Below, piece after piece: positions 19,052-29,538 of a stretch of 39,230 nt of DNA. The DNA comes from Histomonas meleagridis 2922-C6/04-290x. Taxonomy: Eukaryota; Protista; Parabasalia. A program made the position numbers and the translations under genes. Location: the NCBI GenBank assembly GCA_020184695.1, contig JAANOX010000173.1, positions 1-39,230 on the forward strand, given 5' to 3'. Each line of letters opens with the position of its first letter. Positions within the stretch are counted from its first letter, which is position 1. Below the pieces are notes generated by a model, which worked only from the letters and a program-made list of their open reading frames with translations, was not told where the DNA came from and made no database searches.

Positions 19052-22000
19052 ATGAATGATGATCGGAATTCAACTCAGGAGGTAAGAACAGAAAACACAG
19101 AAGAAAATCAAAACATGGATTTATGGGCAACGATTTCAGTCGGGACAATTAATCCACAATATCCTGGGCAAAAGAATAATGAAATACGAACAACAAGATA
19201 TAGGTGGTATTCTTTTGTACCGATGTCACTTCTTGAGCAATATCGTAATTTCACAAATATCTTTTTTTTAATTGTTTTAGTAATTACTTTTCTTCCTTAT
19301 ACTCCTGTTAGTCCTCTTTTCCAATTAGTTCCAATGCTTGTAGTTTTAGCGGTATCCATGATAAAAGCAGGTGTTGAAGATTTAATGAAACATCAAGAAG
19401 ATAACGCACGAAATAATACTCCTGTAACAGTATTTCGAGATCAAAAATGGCAACAAATTCGATCCAAAGAAGTACAAGTTGGAGACATAATCAAAATAAC
19501 TAATGATTCTATGGTTCCTTCAGATATTCTTTTTATTAGCTCATCCAATGAATCTCATATTTGTTATTATAGTGAATCTGAACTTAATGGAGAAACAACT
19601 ATTAAAGTAATGTTGCCACATCCATTTTTAGAAGGTTGTGATGATAAATTAACACAGCTCATCCAAAACCAATATCAAATCGAAGTTAAAGCACCAGACC
19701 GAGACCTTACGAGCTATGACTGTCGCATCAAGTGTAACGATAACTTTTGGCCAATTTCAATACATAACGTTCTCCTTCGCGGCATGTGTACACATTACAC
19801 CAATGAAATCATTGGTATCGTAATACGGACAGGGCATGACACGAAAATCATGCAAAATGTTCAACATCCACCATCAAAACTTACGAAATTTGATCATAAC
19901 CTGAATCGCATTTTAATTTTAATATTTTCACTTATGGTAATTTTATGTTTTTTATGTACATTTTTAGGAGTTAAGTTTGATAAAGGCGGCTCATTTAAAT
20001 TTATTGATAATTTATATCCTGGATATGGAAATTCATTTTTACAATATTTTGTTCAATATTTTATATTATTTTCATATATGTTTCCAATTTCTATGACTGT
20101 TACAATAGAAATCATTCGAACTTATAATAAAGTTTTAATATCATATGATCCATTATTAAGAGACAAAGAATACGGAAAAGGATTTTCTAATAATTCAAAT
20201 GTTATATGTCAATTAGGTTTAATTGATTATATATTAAGTGATAAAACTGGAACACTTACTGAGAACAAAATGAAATTAGAGAAATTAGCAATAGGAAACA
20301 TTAAATTCGATGCAAATAAATTTATTGAACAAGTTTCACTTGATAAAAACTTATTTGAGACATCATTACCAATGTTATTATCATTTGCATTATGTAATAA
20401 TGTAATTGTTCATAATAATAATGATGACGGGACTATAAAATATGATTCTGATTCACCTGATGAAGCAGCGTTTGTATCATTTGCAGCTAAATGTGGCGTA
20501 AAGTTAATATTTCGTAGTCAAACATCAATTGAAGTTGAAATTCTTAACGAAAGAAAAGAATATAAAATTTTAGCAATGTTAAAATTTACTTCTGAACGTA
20601 AAAGGATGTCAATTCTTTTACAACATGAAAATGAGCCCGTAATATTATATACGAAAGGTGCAGATACTGTTCTAAGTCAAATGATTAGTAATTATGCCGA
20701 AAATGATATTTCGAATGAATTTGCAAATTTAGGTTTACGGACATTAATGTTTTGTACACGTAAAATTGAGAATGAAGAACTTGATGAATTCATTGACGCA
20801 TTTCATTTTGCTGAATCATCATTAATTAATCGAGAAGAACAAATCGAAAATTGTATAACACAAATCGAAAAGAATATGAAATATATCGGAATTACTGGAA
20901 TTGAAGATTGTTTACAAGATAAAGTGCCTGAAACAATACAATGGTTAAAAGACGCCGGACTTAAAATCTTTGTAATCACTGGCGATAAATTAGAAACAGC
21001 TGTTGCAATCGGTAAAACGTCGAAAATAATTTCAACTAATTCCAATATTATCATTATAAATTCATCCGAAATTTCGACAATTAAACGAATCCTTGAAGAA
21101 AATCATGAAAATTTAGGAAACTTTTCAAACGTTTCATTAATAATTCAATCAAATAGTTTCGAAGTGATAATGAATAATAATTATTTCGACGAGTTTTGGT
21201 CATATGTATCTGAATGTGATTCGATAATATTTGCACGTGTTTCACCTTATATCAAAGGTAAAATTGCCGAATTAATATGTGAAACAGGAGTTTCTACATT
21301 AGCTATAGGAGATGGAGCTAATGATATCGGAATGTTACAAAAGGCAAACATAGGAGTAGGCGTAAGAGGTAATGAAGGTTCACAAGCTACAACTTCATCC
21401 GATTTTGTTATCTCACGTTTCAAACATTTACCACGTATATTAACTATTTATGGACATTGGACTTATCGAAGGTTTGGAATTGTATCTGTTTTAATGATAT
21501 ACAAAAACATTGTTTTCATATCGGGCCAAATTTGGTTCGCTTTTAATACACTTTGGTCACCGACTGCACTTTATAATGATTTTTTAATGAGTATGTTTAA
21601 CTTATTGTTCACCGTTTTACCACCTTTTATCTTCGGATTTTGGGAACAAGATTTACCTCAAGATGTGATGTTTAAATACCCGCAATTGTATAAATGTGAG
21701 TTTAACCCAATGAAAATGATTAATGTAATTGGTTACGTGATTTTGGGTTATTATCATAGTTTATGTTGTTATTTCGGCGTGAAATTTTTGATGCCAAATT
21801 TCTCTTTGATAGAATTCGGTACTATTTCTTATTTGGCAACTGTGTATGTTGTGGTGTTTCAGGTTATGATTTGGTTACATATGCATAATGTGATGACAAC
21901 GATTTTCTTTGCAATTAATATAGTGTTGGCACCTATAATTATTGTGATTTATGCTTATGGGTTTGATCCCAATTTATGGTTAGGTATAGAAGGTGCTTGG

Positions 22001-22165
22001 ACAAAAATAAATATATGGATTGGTTGGATAATGGTTTTGTTCGTCGCATTGTTCCCCGCTTATTTGTTGACGTATTTAAAGGCGTTCTTTAGACCTTCAA
22101 ATGCTAGATTACATATGGAAAAAATTGTTCATGACCCAATTGGAATGGAATCATCCGAAGAGTGA
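19052..22165 (+). CDS. P4-type ATPase (phospholipid flippase)
   Basis: NEIRTTRY, A-domain ESELNGET, FPISM.VT.E, phosphorylation site DKTGTLT, SPDEAAFV, FTSERKRMS, TGDKLETA, GDGAND, and about 10 TM helices. ATG at 19052. Confidence 0.95.
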   Translation: MNDDRNSTQEVRTENTEENQNMDLWATISVGTINPQYPGQKNNEIRTTRYRWYSFVPMSLLEQYRNFTNIFFLIVLVITFLPYTPVSPLFQLVPMLVVLAVSMIKAGVEDLMKHQEDNARNNTPVTVFRDQKWQQIRSKEVQVGDIIKITNDSMVPSDILFISSSNESHICYYSESELNGETTIKVMLPHPFLEGCDDKLTQLIQNQYQIEVKAPDRDLTSYDCRIKCNDNFWPISIHNVLLRGMCTHYTNEIIGIVIRTGHDTKIMQNVQHPPSKLTKFDHNLNRILILIFSLMVILCFLCTFLGVKFDKGGSFKFIDNLYPGYGNSFLQYFVQYFILFSYMFPISMTVTIEIIRTYNKVLISYDPLLRDKEYGKGFSNNSNVICQLGLIDYILSDKTGTLTENKMKLEKLAIGNIKFDANKFIEQVSLDKNLFETSLPMLLSFALCNNVIVHNNNDDGTIKYDSDSPDEAAFVSFAAKCGVKLIFRSQTSIEVEILNERKEYKILAMLKFTSERKRMSILLQHENEPVILYTKGADTVLSQMISNYAENDISNEFANLGLRTLMFCTRKIENEELDEFIDAFHFAESSLINREEQIENCITQIEKNMKYIGITGIEDCLQDKVPETIQWLKDAGLKIFVITGDKLETAVAIGKTSKIISTNSNIIIINSSEISTIKRILEENHENLGNFSNVSLIIQSNSFEVIMNNNYFDEFWSYVSECDSIIFARVSPYIKGKIAELICETGVSTLAIGDGANDIGMLQKANIGVGVRGNEGSQATTSSDFVISRFKHLPRILTIYGHWTYRRFGIVSVLMIYKNIVFISGQIWFAFNTLWSPTALYNDFLMSMFNLLFTVLPPFIFGFWEQDLPQDVMFKYPQLYKCEFNPMKMINVIGYVILGYYHSLCCYFGVKFLMPNFSLIEFGTISYLATVYVVVFQVMIWLHMHNVMTTIFFAINIVLAPIIIVIYAYGFDPNLWLGIEGAWTKINIWIGWIMVLFVALFPAYLLTYLKAFFRPSNARLHMEKIVHDPIGMESSEE

Positions 22166-22683
22166 TTGTTAAATAAAAATAGAATATTCGATTTTTAATT
22201 AATGTTATATTTTCTTTTTATAATAATTTACATATAATTATATTTGTCATTGATATTCATATTTCATAACAACGAAAAAGTACCGTAATAAAACAAGATA
22301 AAGTATTAATGATGAAAAAGAGAACTATGATGATTTTGTTGTTAGAAAAAATCCTTATGATTAGTTATAAGAATAATATCTCTATTAGCTATAATTATTA
22401 TTCTTGTTCTTATTGTAATTTTTGTGACTTTTGCTATAATTACACGAAAAAATCCACGATGAAAATGAAGCACAAGAAATAAATAATTATGATGAGAAAA
22501 GACTTTGCATAATTGGGAAGACATAAATGCAAATGTTTTAAAAGAGAAAATGTTTACTGCAAATATTTGAATTTTTGTTTAATAAATAAAAACAATATTA
22601 AATTAATTGGTTTGCAATTTAGAAATACAAATTATTCACGTCAATCTATTGCCGCTCAGATTATTGTTTACTTGAATAAACAG

Positions 22684-23277
22684 TTATTTCTTCTTTCTTT
22701 TGATGCTTTCGAAGTATGATTCAATGATAAAATCTCTGATTTCTTGCATCTGTGTAGTGACAATTGAAAACGAACGAGCTGATATAGCTTCACTCTTCTG
22801 CATCGCTGCTTCAATATCAAGATGATTCGGTGGTATCTGATTTGGCAGTTTCTCGTCTGACCGAAGACCAGCAAGAACACATGGAGACTGAGGACAAGCT
22901 AATTTAATATACGGAACAAATCTATCAATAGTAGAGTTTAAGGAGTTAATATCGTTAGCTGCATAACAGATCATTACTAAAGATTTTGCCCAATACTGTA
23001 ATTCAGTAATTGGTCTTGAACACAGACGAGGATCATATGTGTCCCAGAATCCAACGCAAAGACGATTGTTGTTTATCGAGTGTTGCCATATAGAGCCATA
23101 GCCATCAACAATGGTTTCAACATTACTATACGGTATTGTTTGTTTGATGTTTCCTGCTAGATTTAATATGCTAGTTTTTCCTATTCCTTTTTTGCCTATA
23201 ACAAGCAAGTTACAATGTTCTATTTTGTTATTCATTTGGGAAAAGTGACATATACTCAAATTTTCTATCGTTTCCAT
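22684..23277 (-). CDS. Divergent Rho/Ras-superfamily small GTPase-like protein
   Basis: LLVIGKKGIGKTS (P-loop), FWDT (G3 without G/Q), MICYAAND, PCVLAGLRSD (Rho-type G4). Ends in KRKKK without CAAX. The start may be 23235. Confidence 0.7.
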   Translation of the reverse strand: METIENLSICHFSQMNNKIEHCNLLVIGKKGIGKTSILNLAGNIKQTIPYSNVETIVDGYGSIWQHSINNNRLCVGFWDTYDPRLCSRPITELQYWAKSLVMICYAANDINSLNSTIDRFVPYIKLACPQSPCVLAGLRSDEKLPNQIPPNHLDIEAAMQKSEAISARSFSIVTTQMQEIRDFIIESYFESIKRKKK

Positions 23278-23446
23278 TTTTTCTTGAAAGAACGATCACT
23301 CGGTATAAATAAAGTTATGAAAACCAAATATTGAATAATTTACATTATGATAGTGAAATGATTGAATGATGTTCACCAAGCATAATTTCTCTAAGCAATC
23401 ATTATTTATAATGTTAGAAGAACAAAAGGTTTAAAGTGTAACTAAT

Positions 23447-23806
23447 ATGGAAGAAGCAATCCGTTATCATCTTGTAAAGGGATTCAAGAATTGGAATGAT
23501 GGATATAATAGGTGGTTATAGTGGTGTAATGCGCATTACAATGTCTATGGTCACCGCTTATTATTGCAACAATATAAATATATGATGTGCCAACTTTTCC
23601 AACATTACATCATGGAACTTGGAGCATTTGATAATATGATTATTAAAGATGATTGGACAGCTATTTGCTACAGTGTTAAAGTCAATAATCTTGATACGAA
23701 GGAAGAAATATTGCAACACACTATGAAATTTGTTGACTTTAAACAGAATCCAAATCCCATAGGTGTGCGCGTTGTTGAAGGTTGGGCTCTTTCAGCTAAA
23801 CATTAA
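23447..23806 (+). pseudogene. SnoaL/NTF2-like (ester-cyclase-type) domain gene with an in-frame TAG
   Basis: A continuous frame MEEAIRYHLVKGFKNWNDGYNRWL*WCNAHYNVYGHRLLLQQYK...ELGAFDNMIIKDDWTAICYSV...VRVVEGWALS with one TAG at 23519-23521. The family call is from recalled motif resemblance, not from a search. Confidence 0.6.
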
Positions 23807-24057
23807 ATAAAACACTTTAAATCAAAGATGATTTTATTTTTATTATATTATTATAATATTTGTAACAATTTATTCAAATCTTAAATGATTTTCATGGATA
23901 AATAAAGATAAACTACAATGAAGAAAAGTATTATTATTCATTTTGTTGATAAAATCCAAATATTAACGAATAATGTCAATAAACATTAAAATAAATTAAT
24001 ATTATTATTTATTATATATTTCGAACAGTTTTATTCTATTTTATCACATAAATATCG

Positions 24058-25086
24058 TTAATCTTTAATTTCATCTCGAATTGGATCAAAGAATGGATGC
24101 TGCAACGCTTCTGATGCTGTAATCCGTTCTTCATGATCAATCGTTAATAATCGCTTTAGTAATGAGACTGCGTCTTGATCCATTTTATGTTGTTTGATCG
24201 AATTAATCGCTTTCTGCCAGCCCGGGCCGCGATTCGGCGGCAATGACGCTGAAACTGTTTGCGGCATGTTGAGGCCGTACTTGTCGACATATTGCAACAG
24301 CGATGTCGTGCCGCAAAGTGTCGCAACTTGAATGATCATTTCATCAATGTTCCGCCCTTCAAAAAATGGATATTTAATAAGCATTTCGGCTAAGACACAC
24401 CCAACGCCCCAGACGTCAATACCATAATCATAATATTGATAATTAAGTAATAATTCAGGCGCTTTATATCGTAACGTAGAAACTCGAACTGTATATGCAT
24501 GCCCTGGAAAATATAAATCTGCAAGACCCCAACCAATTAATTCTAATTGTTGATGATCACTCGAAATTAATAAATTACCTGGTTTGACATCACGATGCAT
24601 AATGCCTTTTTGTGCACATGAATCTAATGAAATAAGTAAACGATATATTAAAATTCGAATTTCTTCAAGTTTAAGTTTAGGATACAAAGAGCGTGGATTT
24701 TCACTTTTAACATAATCAGTAATAAGAGAAATAGTAGATGTTAATGGATCTCGAACAACTGATATTAAATGAACACAATTAGGAAGTGTAGAAACTTGTT
24801 TGAGTAACCAAATTTCGCGTTGAATTTTAACAAAAGGTACATTTTTAAGTGTTTTAATAGCACATAATCGTCCTCCATCATATCGACCTACAAATACTAA
24901 TGAATATTTACCACTACCTATGGGTCCAATAACTTCAAAACGTTCAATGTTATCATACTCAATTTGATAACTACCAAAAAAATCTTCATCTGGTGATTTG
25001 TCTGAATTCGCATTTTTATAAATTTTTGATGTCGAAATAATTCGATAAATTGGTGTTTGAAGTTTTGTTTGTCTTGTCTTGTTCAT
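24058..25086 (-). CDS. Casein kinase 2 alpha-like protein kinase (DWG changed to GWG)
   Basis: IGSGKYSLVF, AIKTLK, IQREIW, GIMHRDVKPGN, LIGWGLADLYFPG..YTVRVSTLRYKAPELL..YQYYDYGIDVW, RITASEALQHPFF. Likely ATG at 25086. Confidence 0.88.
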   Translation of the reverse strand: MNKTRQTKLQTPIYRIISTSKIYKNANSDKSPDEDFFGSYQIEYDNIERFEVIGPIGSGKYSLVFVGRYDGGRLCAIKTLKNVPFVKIQREIWLLKQVSTLPNCVHLISVVRDPLTSTISLITDYVKSENPRSLYPKLKLEEIRILIYRLLISLDSCAQKGIMHRDVKPGNLLISSDHQQLELIGWGLADLYFPGHAYTVRVSTLRYKAPELLLNYQYYDYGIDVWGVGCVLAEMLIKYPFFEGRNIDEMIIQVATLCGTTSLLQYVDKYGLNMPQTVSASLPPNRGPGWQKAINSIKQHKMDQDAVSLLKRLLTIDHEERITASEALQHPFFDPIRDEIKD

Positions 25087-25317
25087 TGAAGGAGACGTTA
25101 AAGTACACGGGGTGCCCCAAAAACCGAAAACTTGAAATTTAAAAAAAAAAATTAAAAAATATTTTATTACGAAAGGTTGAGAATCATTGGTATCATAAAT
25201 ATTTATTAAAACTGCTTTATTATCGATATGAATTAAAATCAGGAACAAATCCTTTTCAACAATTCGCATTGTGATTGCGAGCATGCTTTGAATCTTAAAA
25301 GGGATTAACAAAGTTTT

Positions 25318-25831
25318 TCATCTTTTGCTTTTTTTGGGAAATTTTTGAAGTGATACTTTCACAGTAGTTGTCTTTGGTTTGACAACTGTTGGTCTTGATC
25401 TTAACATTTTTTTGTTTGCGCTTTGCGTTGTGTTGTCATTTGATTTCGTTCGTTTCCTTCGTGTTTTTGCTTTGGTGAATATTTGGTTTGTTGATTTTCT
25501 TCTTCTTCTGTCTCTTCTTCAATTTCTTCTTCTTCCTCTTCTTCTGACTCTTCTTCTGAATATTCTTCTGCTTCAAAAGCATTAAAACTTTCTGCTTCTT
25601 CAAGTTCATTTGCTGATATTGGCACATCATCATCTGGTTGACCAATTTGTAATTCAACATATTTCTTAATTTCTTTAACAAGTTCATTCCTTGGATAACG
25701 TTCTAAAATAATATTACATAAAATTATCGCTTTAGAATAATCCTTTTCTTCTAATGTTTTCATTAACTATGATTAGAATAAAATAATACGATTTGAAGTG
25801 CTTGTGGTGATTCTTTTGAACTTCCATTCAT
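25318..25831 (-). CDS. ERICH2-like glutamate-rich protein, two exons (25831-25790; 25766-25318), with one apparent 1-nt homopolymer frameshift
   Basis: After removing the 23-nt intron it reads MNGSSKESPQALQI-LMKTLEEKDYSKAIILCNIILERYPRNELVKEIKKYVELQIG, then a poly-E tract. This resembles the ERICH2 helical domain (recalled). The T7 run at 25407-25413 gives an early stop at 25401; one more base reads MLRSRPTVVKPKTTTVKVSLQKFPKKSKR* to 25318, the same stop used by the second copy. Confidence 0.65.
25767..25789 (-). other. Predicted 23-nt spliceosomal intron GTATTATTTTATTCTAATCATAG
   Basis: GT..AG ends, a TCTAAT branch-point-like motif directly before CATAG, and phase-0 removal that joins a 14-codon ATG exon in frame. 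It resembles the short trichomonad intron class. Confidence 0.75.
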
Positions 25832-26031
25832 TGAACATTTTTTTGACTGTTGTGTGAAATTTTGTTAAACGATACAATCAAAATTAAACGGTTTCAATAT
25901 TTATCATCATTATTATTATTTTAATATTTCTAATTTCGTTGATATTTTTCATGAATGTTTTATATAATATTTATTGAAAAATATATTAATAAAGAGTAAA
26001 TAAATTTTCTTTTATTTCAAAAATGTTGTTT

Positions 26032-26733
26032 TCATTCTTCTGTTGGACATATTGAATCATATATATGACATGAAACTTCTCCATTACTTATTTTTGATAT
26101 TTGATAATTAAATTCATCAAATTCCACTGGAGATATAGAAATATGAACAATTACATTTTCTGGATTATATTCTTGATGAAGAACATTCCCCATATTATAG
26201 CACACATTAATAATTTTACCTAACCATTTATTCGGTATAACAATTATACACTCTATTTGATGTTCAGAAAGACGAATGATTGTTGTTAACTTTGGAAGAA
26301 GTGATCGAACAATTCTTTCTGCACTTTTATCAATATCATATTTTGCTTTTATCTCTTGAAGTGCACTTTCAATACGAGATACAGGATGTGGCTTTTTCGT
26401 TGTTGGCTCAATAAAGTTTTGATGAATAAAATTAATAACTTGAAGTTTTTTTGTTTCAATCTTATCTTTTTTTTCTTGTGCTGTTAATCCATATTTTCCT
26501 GTCTTCATTATTAATTCTAATAATTCTCTCCCATTAATACCAATCTTCTCTAGATCTGTTTTACTTACAATATTGCCCTTTGATGCACTTGTATAAATCT
26601 TACCATCAATAATTGCATCTTCAAGTGAACATAATCCTTCACGATATTTAGATACCATTCCTGGGATAGCAATTATTTCAACTTTAACACCATTCTTTTG
26701 GAAATGAACAATTTGATATTGTGTGTGTTGCAT
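26032..26733 (-). CDS. SBDS: SBDS/Sdo1 ribosome maturation factor family
   Basis: KVEIIAIPGMVSKYREG..LEDAIIDGKIYTSASKG, FIHQNFIEPTTKKPHPVSRIESAL, plus a C-terminal ferredoxin-like domain. 233 aa. Confidence 0.88.
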   Translation of the reverse strand: MQHTQYQIVHFQKNGVKVEIIAIPGMVSKYREGLCSLEDAIIDGKIYTSASKGNIVSKTDLEKIGINGRELLELIMKTGKYGLTAQEKKDKIETKKLQVINFIHQNFIEPTTKKPHPVSRIESALQEIKAKYDIDKSAERIVRSLLPKLTTIIRLSEHQIECIIVIPNKWLGKIINVCYNMGNVLHQEYNPENVIVHISISPVEFDEFNYQISKISNGEVSCHIYDSICPTEE

Positions 26734-27365
26734 TAATAGTAATTTAAATTTAAATTTAGATTTAGTTCTTATTTAAATTCTGTTTTTATATATACTTTTA
26801 TATAATTTATCCATCTTTTTTTACGATTTAGCTATAATCTTTTTTGAATTCATGTTTTATCACTTTTGACGTATTTTTAAATATTAAATATTATATTTGA
26901 TATTGTTCTTGTTAGTTGATAAAATGTTTCTCAAATAAAAAAAAAATTATAATAAACTAAGATTTATTTCTATCTTATAAAAATTGTATAATGCAATCAA
27001 CAATATGCAATTATATCCAATAAATATTGTAAAAAAGTTTAAAGAAACAATTTGCTTTTTTATAGTTATAAATTTTTTTTAATTTATCCATAATATAATA
27101 ATTTGAAGCAATTGTTTTTATATATAATTTTTGATATCAACATGAAACATAATCAGGCGAAATGAAAGTGTTGGATCAATCATCCTTTGTATTTTGAATG
27201 TTTGATGAAACAAGAAAAATAGATAAATCTGTTGGCGAATTACAGTTTTTGCAGAAATTCACAAAATCAGTTAATGAAATCTTAAGATCAAATTGCAATT
27301 TGATTTTTTTTTCTGTAAAAAGTTATATTTAAAAAAAAATAATTAAATTTATATCATAATTTTTA

Positions 27366-28949
27366 TTATAAATCTGAGCTTTTATCACAATTTGCATATT
27401 CTCTAACATCACAATCTTCATCATTTTTCAACTTTTCGATGATATCTGTGAATGTTCTTGGCAAATATTTTGCGATCACAAGTCTTACATTTGAAACTTT
27501 ATCATTTAAACACTTATTAATTATTTCTAATCCTTTTTCATTAAATAATTTTGCCTTTATAATTAACATTATTGCTGTCTGTCTTAATTCATATTCATCA
27601 CTTGAAGCAATTTCTTTAATTATTGGACATATTTTATTTTCCATAAAATCGTTACCAAATTTTTCTATAATTTCTGGTACACATTTTATCATTTCTTTTC
27701 TTACAGCTATAGAATCATCAGTTATTAATTTTTTAATTAAATCTGTGATGAGTTCTTCATCATTTAAACTGCACAAAATATGTGGTATACTTCTTTTTTC
27801 TCTCCATTCACATTCATTTTTCATTATTTCTTTGATAATATCTTCGCCTGAAATGTGTTTATTATTTATTGATTCGATTGCTGCTGATTTAACTAATTCC
27901 GATTGATCAGCAATTAATTTAATCATAACATTAGTGATATATTGCTCTTCAAGAACATGTGAAAACTTAAAAAGACAATTCGCTAATGATGTTCGACAAT
28001 GTTGACATTTATCATCACAAAGTAAATCAATAATTTTCATTAATGAATCTTTATCAATGTCTTTGAACTTAGAAAAATATTGGATTTGTTCTGCTGCAAT
28101 TATTCGTATCTCATCTTCTTTTTCATTCGCTAAAACAGATGAAATAATCGATAAGAAATCAGCTATCGGCGGATTTTCAAGTTCAAAATAAATATTAATC
28201 GAAGATACACAATAAAATCGTATCATCCAATTGGGACTTTCAAGTAATTCTTTGAATATGTGTAATGACTTATCAAATGTTTTCATTCGACATGAATAAG
28301 ATGCTATGAATTTGGGAATTCGGAATATAACTGAATCATATGAACTATTTTTGAGTTCAATAACTTTGTTAACAACAACCTGTAGACATTCATCATTAAG
28401 TAAATTAATGTTTTCTTGACAAACTTTCATAAACTCTAAGTATATTTGAAGGTCAGAATCTGTTGGAAGGAGATTCAGAGATTGCATTATTAAATTATTA
28501 AAGCTACCTGGTAAAATATAATGACTAAATCTGTTAAGAAGCCCAAAGCCGTATAAATGATTGACATACCATTCATCTTCAAAAAGTGTTGTAATGTAAT
28601 CAGTGATTAATTGTACACTATTCGATTGTGTTTTTGTTTTGATAATCGATTGAATACAGTTAACGAATGAGTTCTGTACGGCTTTGGAATTTACTTCTGC
28701 AAAATTTTTTAATTTGTGGAGCAAATGAATAATTAGTGTATCAGAATATTTCGTAAAATCAATTTTCGAAATTGAATTTAACATGCAATCAATAACTTTC
28801 TCTGAGCACCCGCATGTTTCAGCTAAGTATGGGAGAAATTCAAATACTGTCCGATTTGATCCAATGATTTCTGCGACTTCCGGGATTCTTGATATTGCAT
28901 TTAATTGTATATTTATGTCTGGACTTCTAATATTAATGATGTGTTGCAT
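27366..28949 (-). CDS. HEAT-repeat scaffold, divergent PP2A A (PR65)-like subunit
   Basis: N-terminus IRSPDINIQLNAISRIPEVAEIIGSNRTVFEFLPYL and repeats SPNWMIR, DEIRIIA, CEWREKR, DDSIAVRK, DEYELRQ, NDKVSNVRL, DEDCDVREYA parallel PR65. Confidence 0.8.
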   Translation of the reverse strand: MQHIINIRSPDINIQLNAISRIPEVAEIIGSNRTVFEFLPYLAETCGCSEKVIDCMLNSISKIDFTKYSDTLIIHLLHKLKNFAEVNSKAVQNSFVNCIQSIIKTKTQSNSVQLITDYITTLFEDEWYVNHLYGFGLLNRFSHYILPGSFNNLIMQSLNLLPTDSDLQIYLEFMKVCQENINLLNDECLQVVVNKVIELKNSSYDSVIFRIPKFIASYSCRMKTFDKSLHIFKELLESPNWMIRFYCVSSINIYFELENPPIADFLSIISSVLANEKEDEIRIIAAEQIQYFSKFKDIDKDSLMKIIDLLCDDKCQHCRTSLANCLFKFSHVLEEQYITNVMIKLIADQSELVKSAAIESINNKHISGEDIIKEIMKNECEWREKRSIPHILCSLNDEELITDLIKKLITDDSIAVRKEMIKCVPEIIEKFGNDFMENKICPIIKEIASSDEYELRQTAIMLIIKAKLFNEKGLEIINKCLNDKVSNVRLVIAKYLPRTFTDIIEKLKNDEDCDVREYANCDKSSDL

Positions 28950-29064
28950 GTTTTATCTTGTTTGGATTTCAAATCGATCAGTTCCAATTCAATTCAAATA
29001 ACGTACACAAAAAAGTTCCAGAATTCAAGTTCCAAATCAACAAAAATTACTAAAATATTTTTAT

Positions 29065-29538
<474 letters not shown>

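Larger units (their letters stand above)
25247..27306 (+). repeat. Left arm of inverted segmental duplication
   Basis: Its reverse complement aligns by eye to 37555-39230 across genic and intergenic DNA, with scattered substitutions and indels. Confidence 0.95.

Noticed and set aside
23519-23521. TAG reassignment (alternative genetic code) explaining the internal TAG and the TAG after Myb or before Rab
   Set aside because: About 20 long conserved ORFs contain no internal TAG. Reading through the TAG before the Rab frame finds no ATG, and the Myb tail is in another frame.
25087-25311. 75-codon in-frame N-terminal extension of the CK2-like ORF
   Set aside because: It starts at a non-ATG codon and crosses a T11/A11 run and AT-rich spacer. 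CK2-like similarity begins only after ATG 25086. It is not fully excluded, since an ATG exists near 25284.
25490-25600. (GAA)n/(TTC)n-rich tract as a microsatellite or repeat array
   Set aside because: It simply encodes the poly-Glu region of the ERICH2-like protein; there is no spacer structure.
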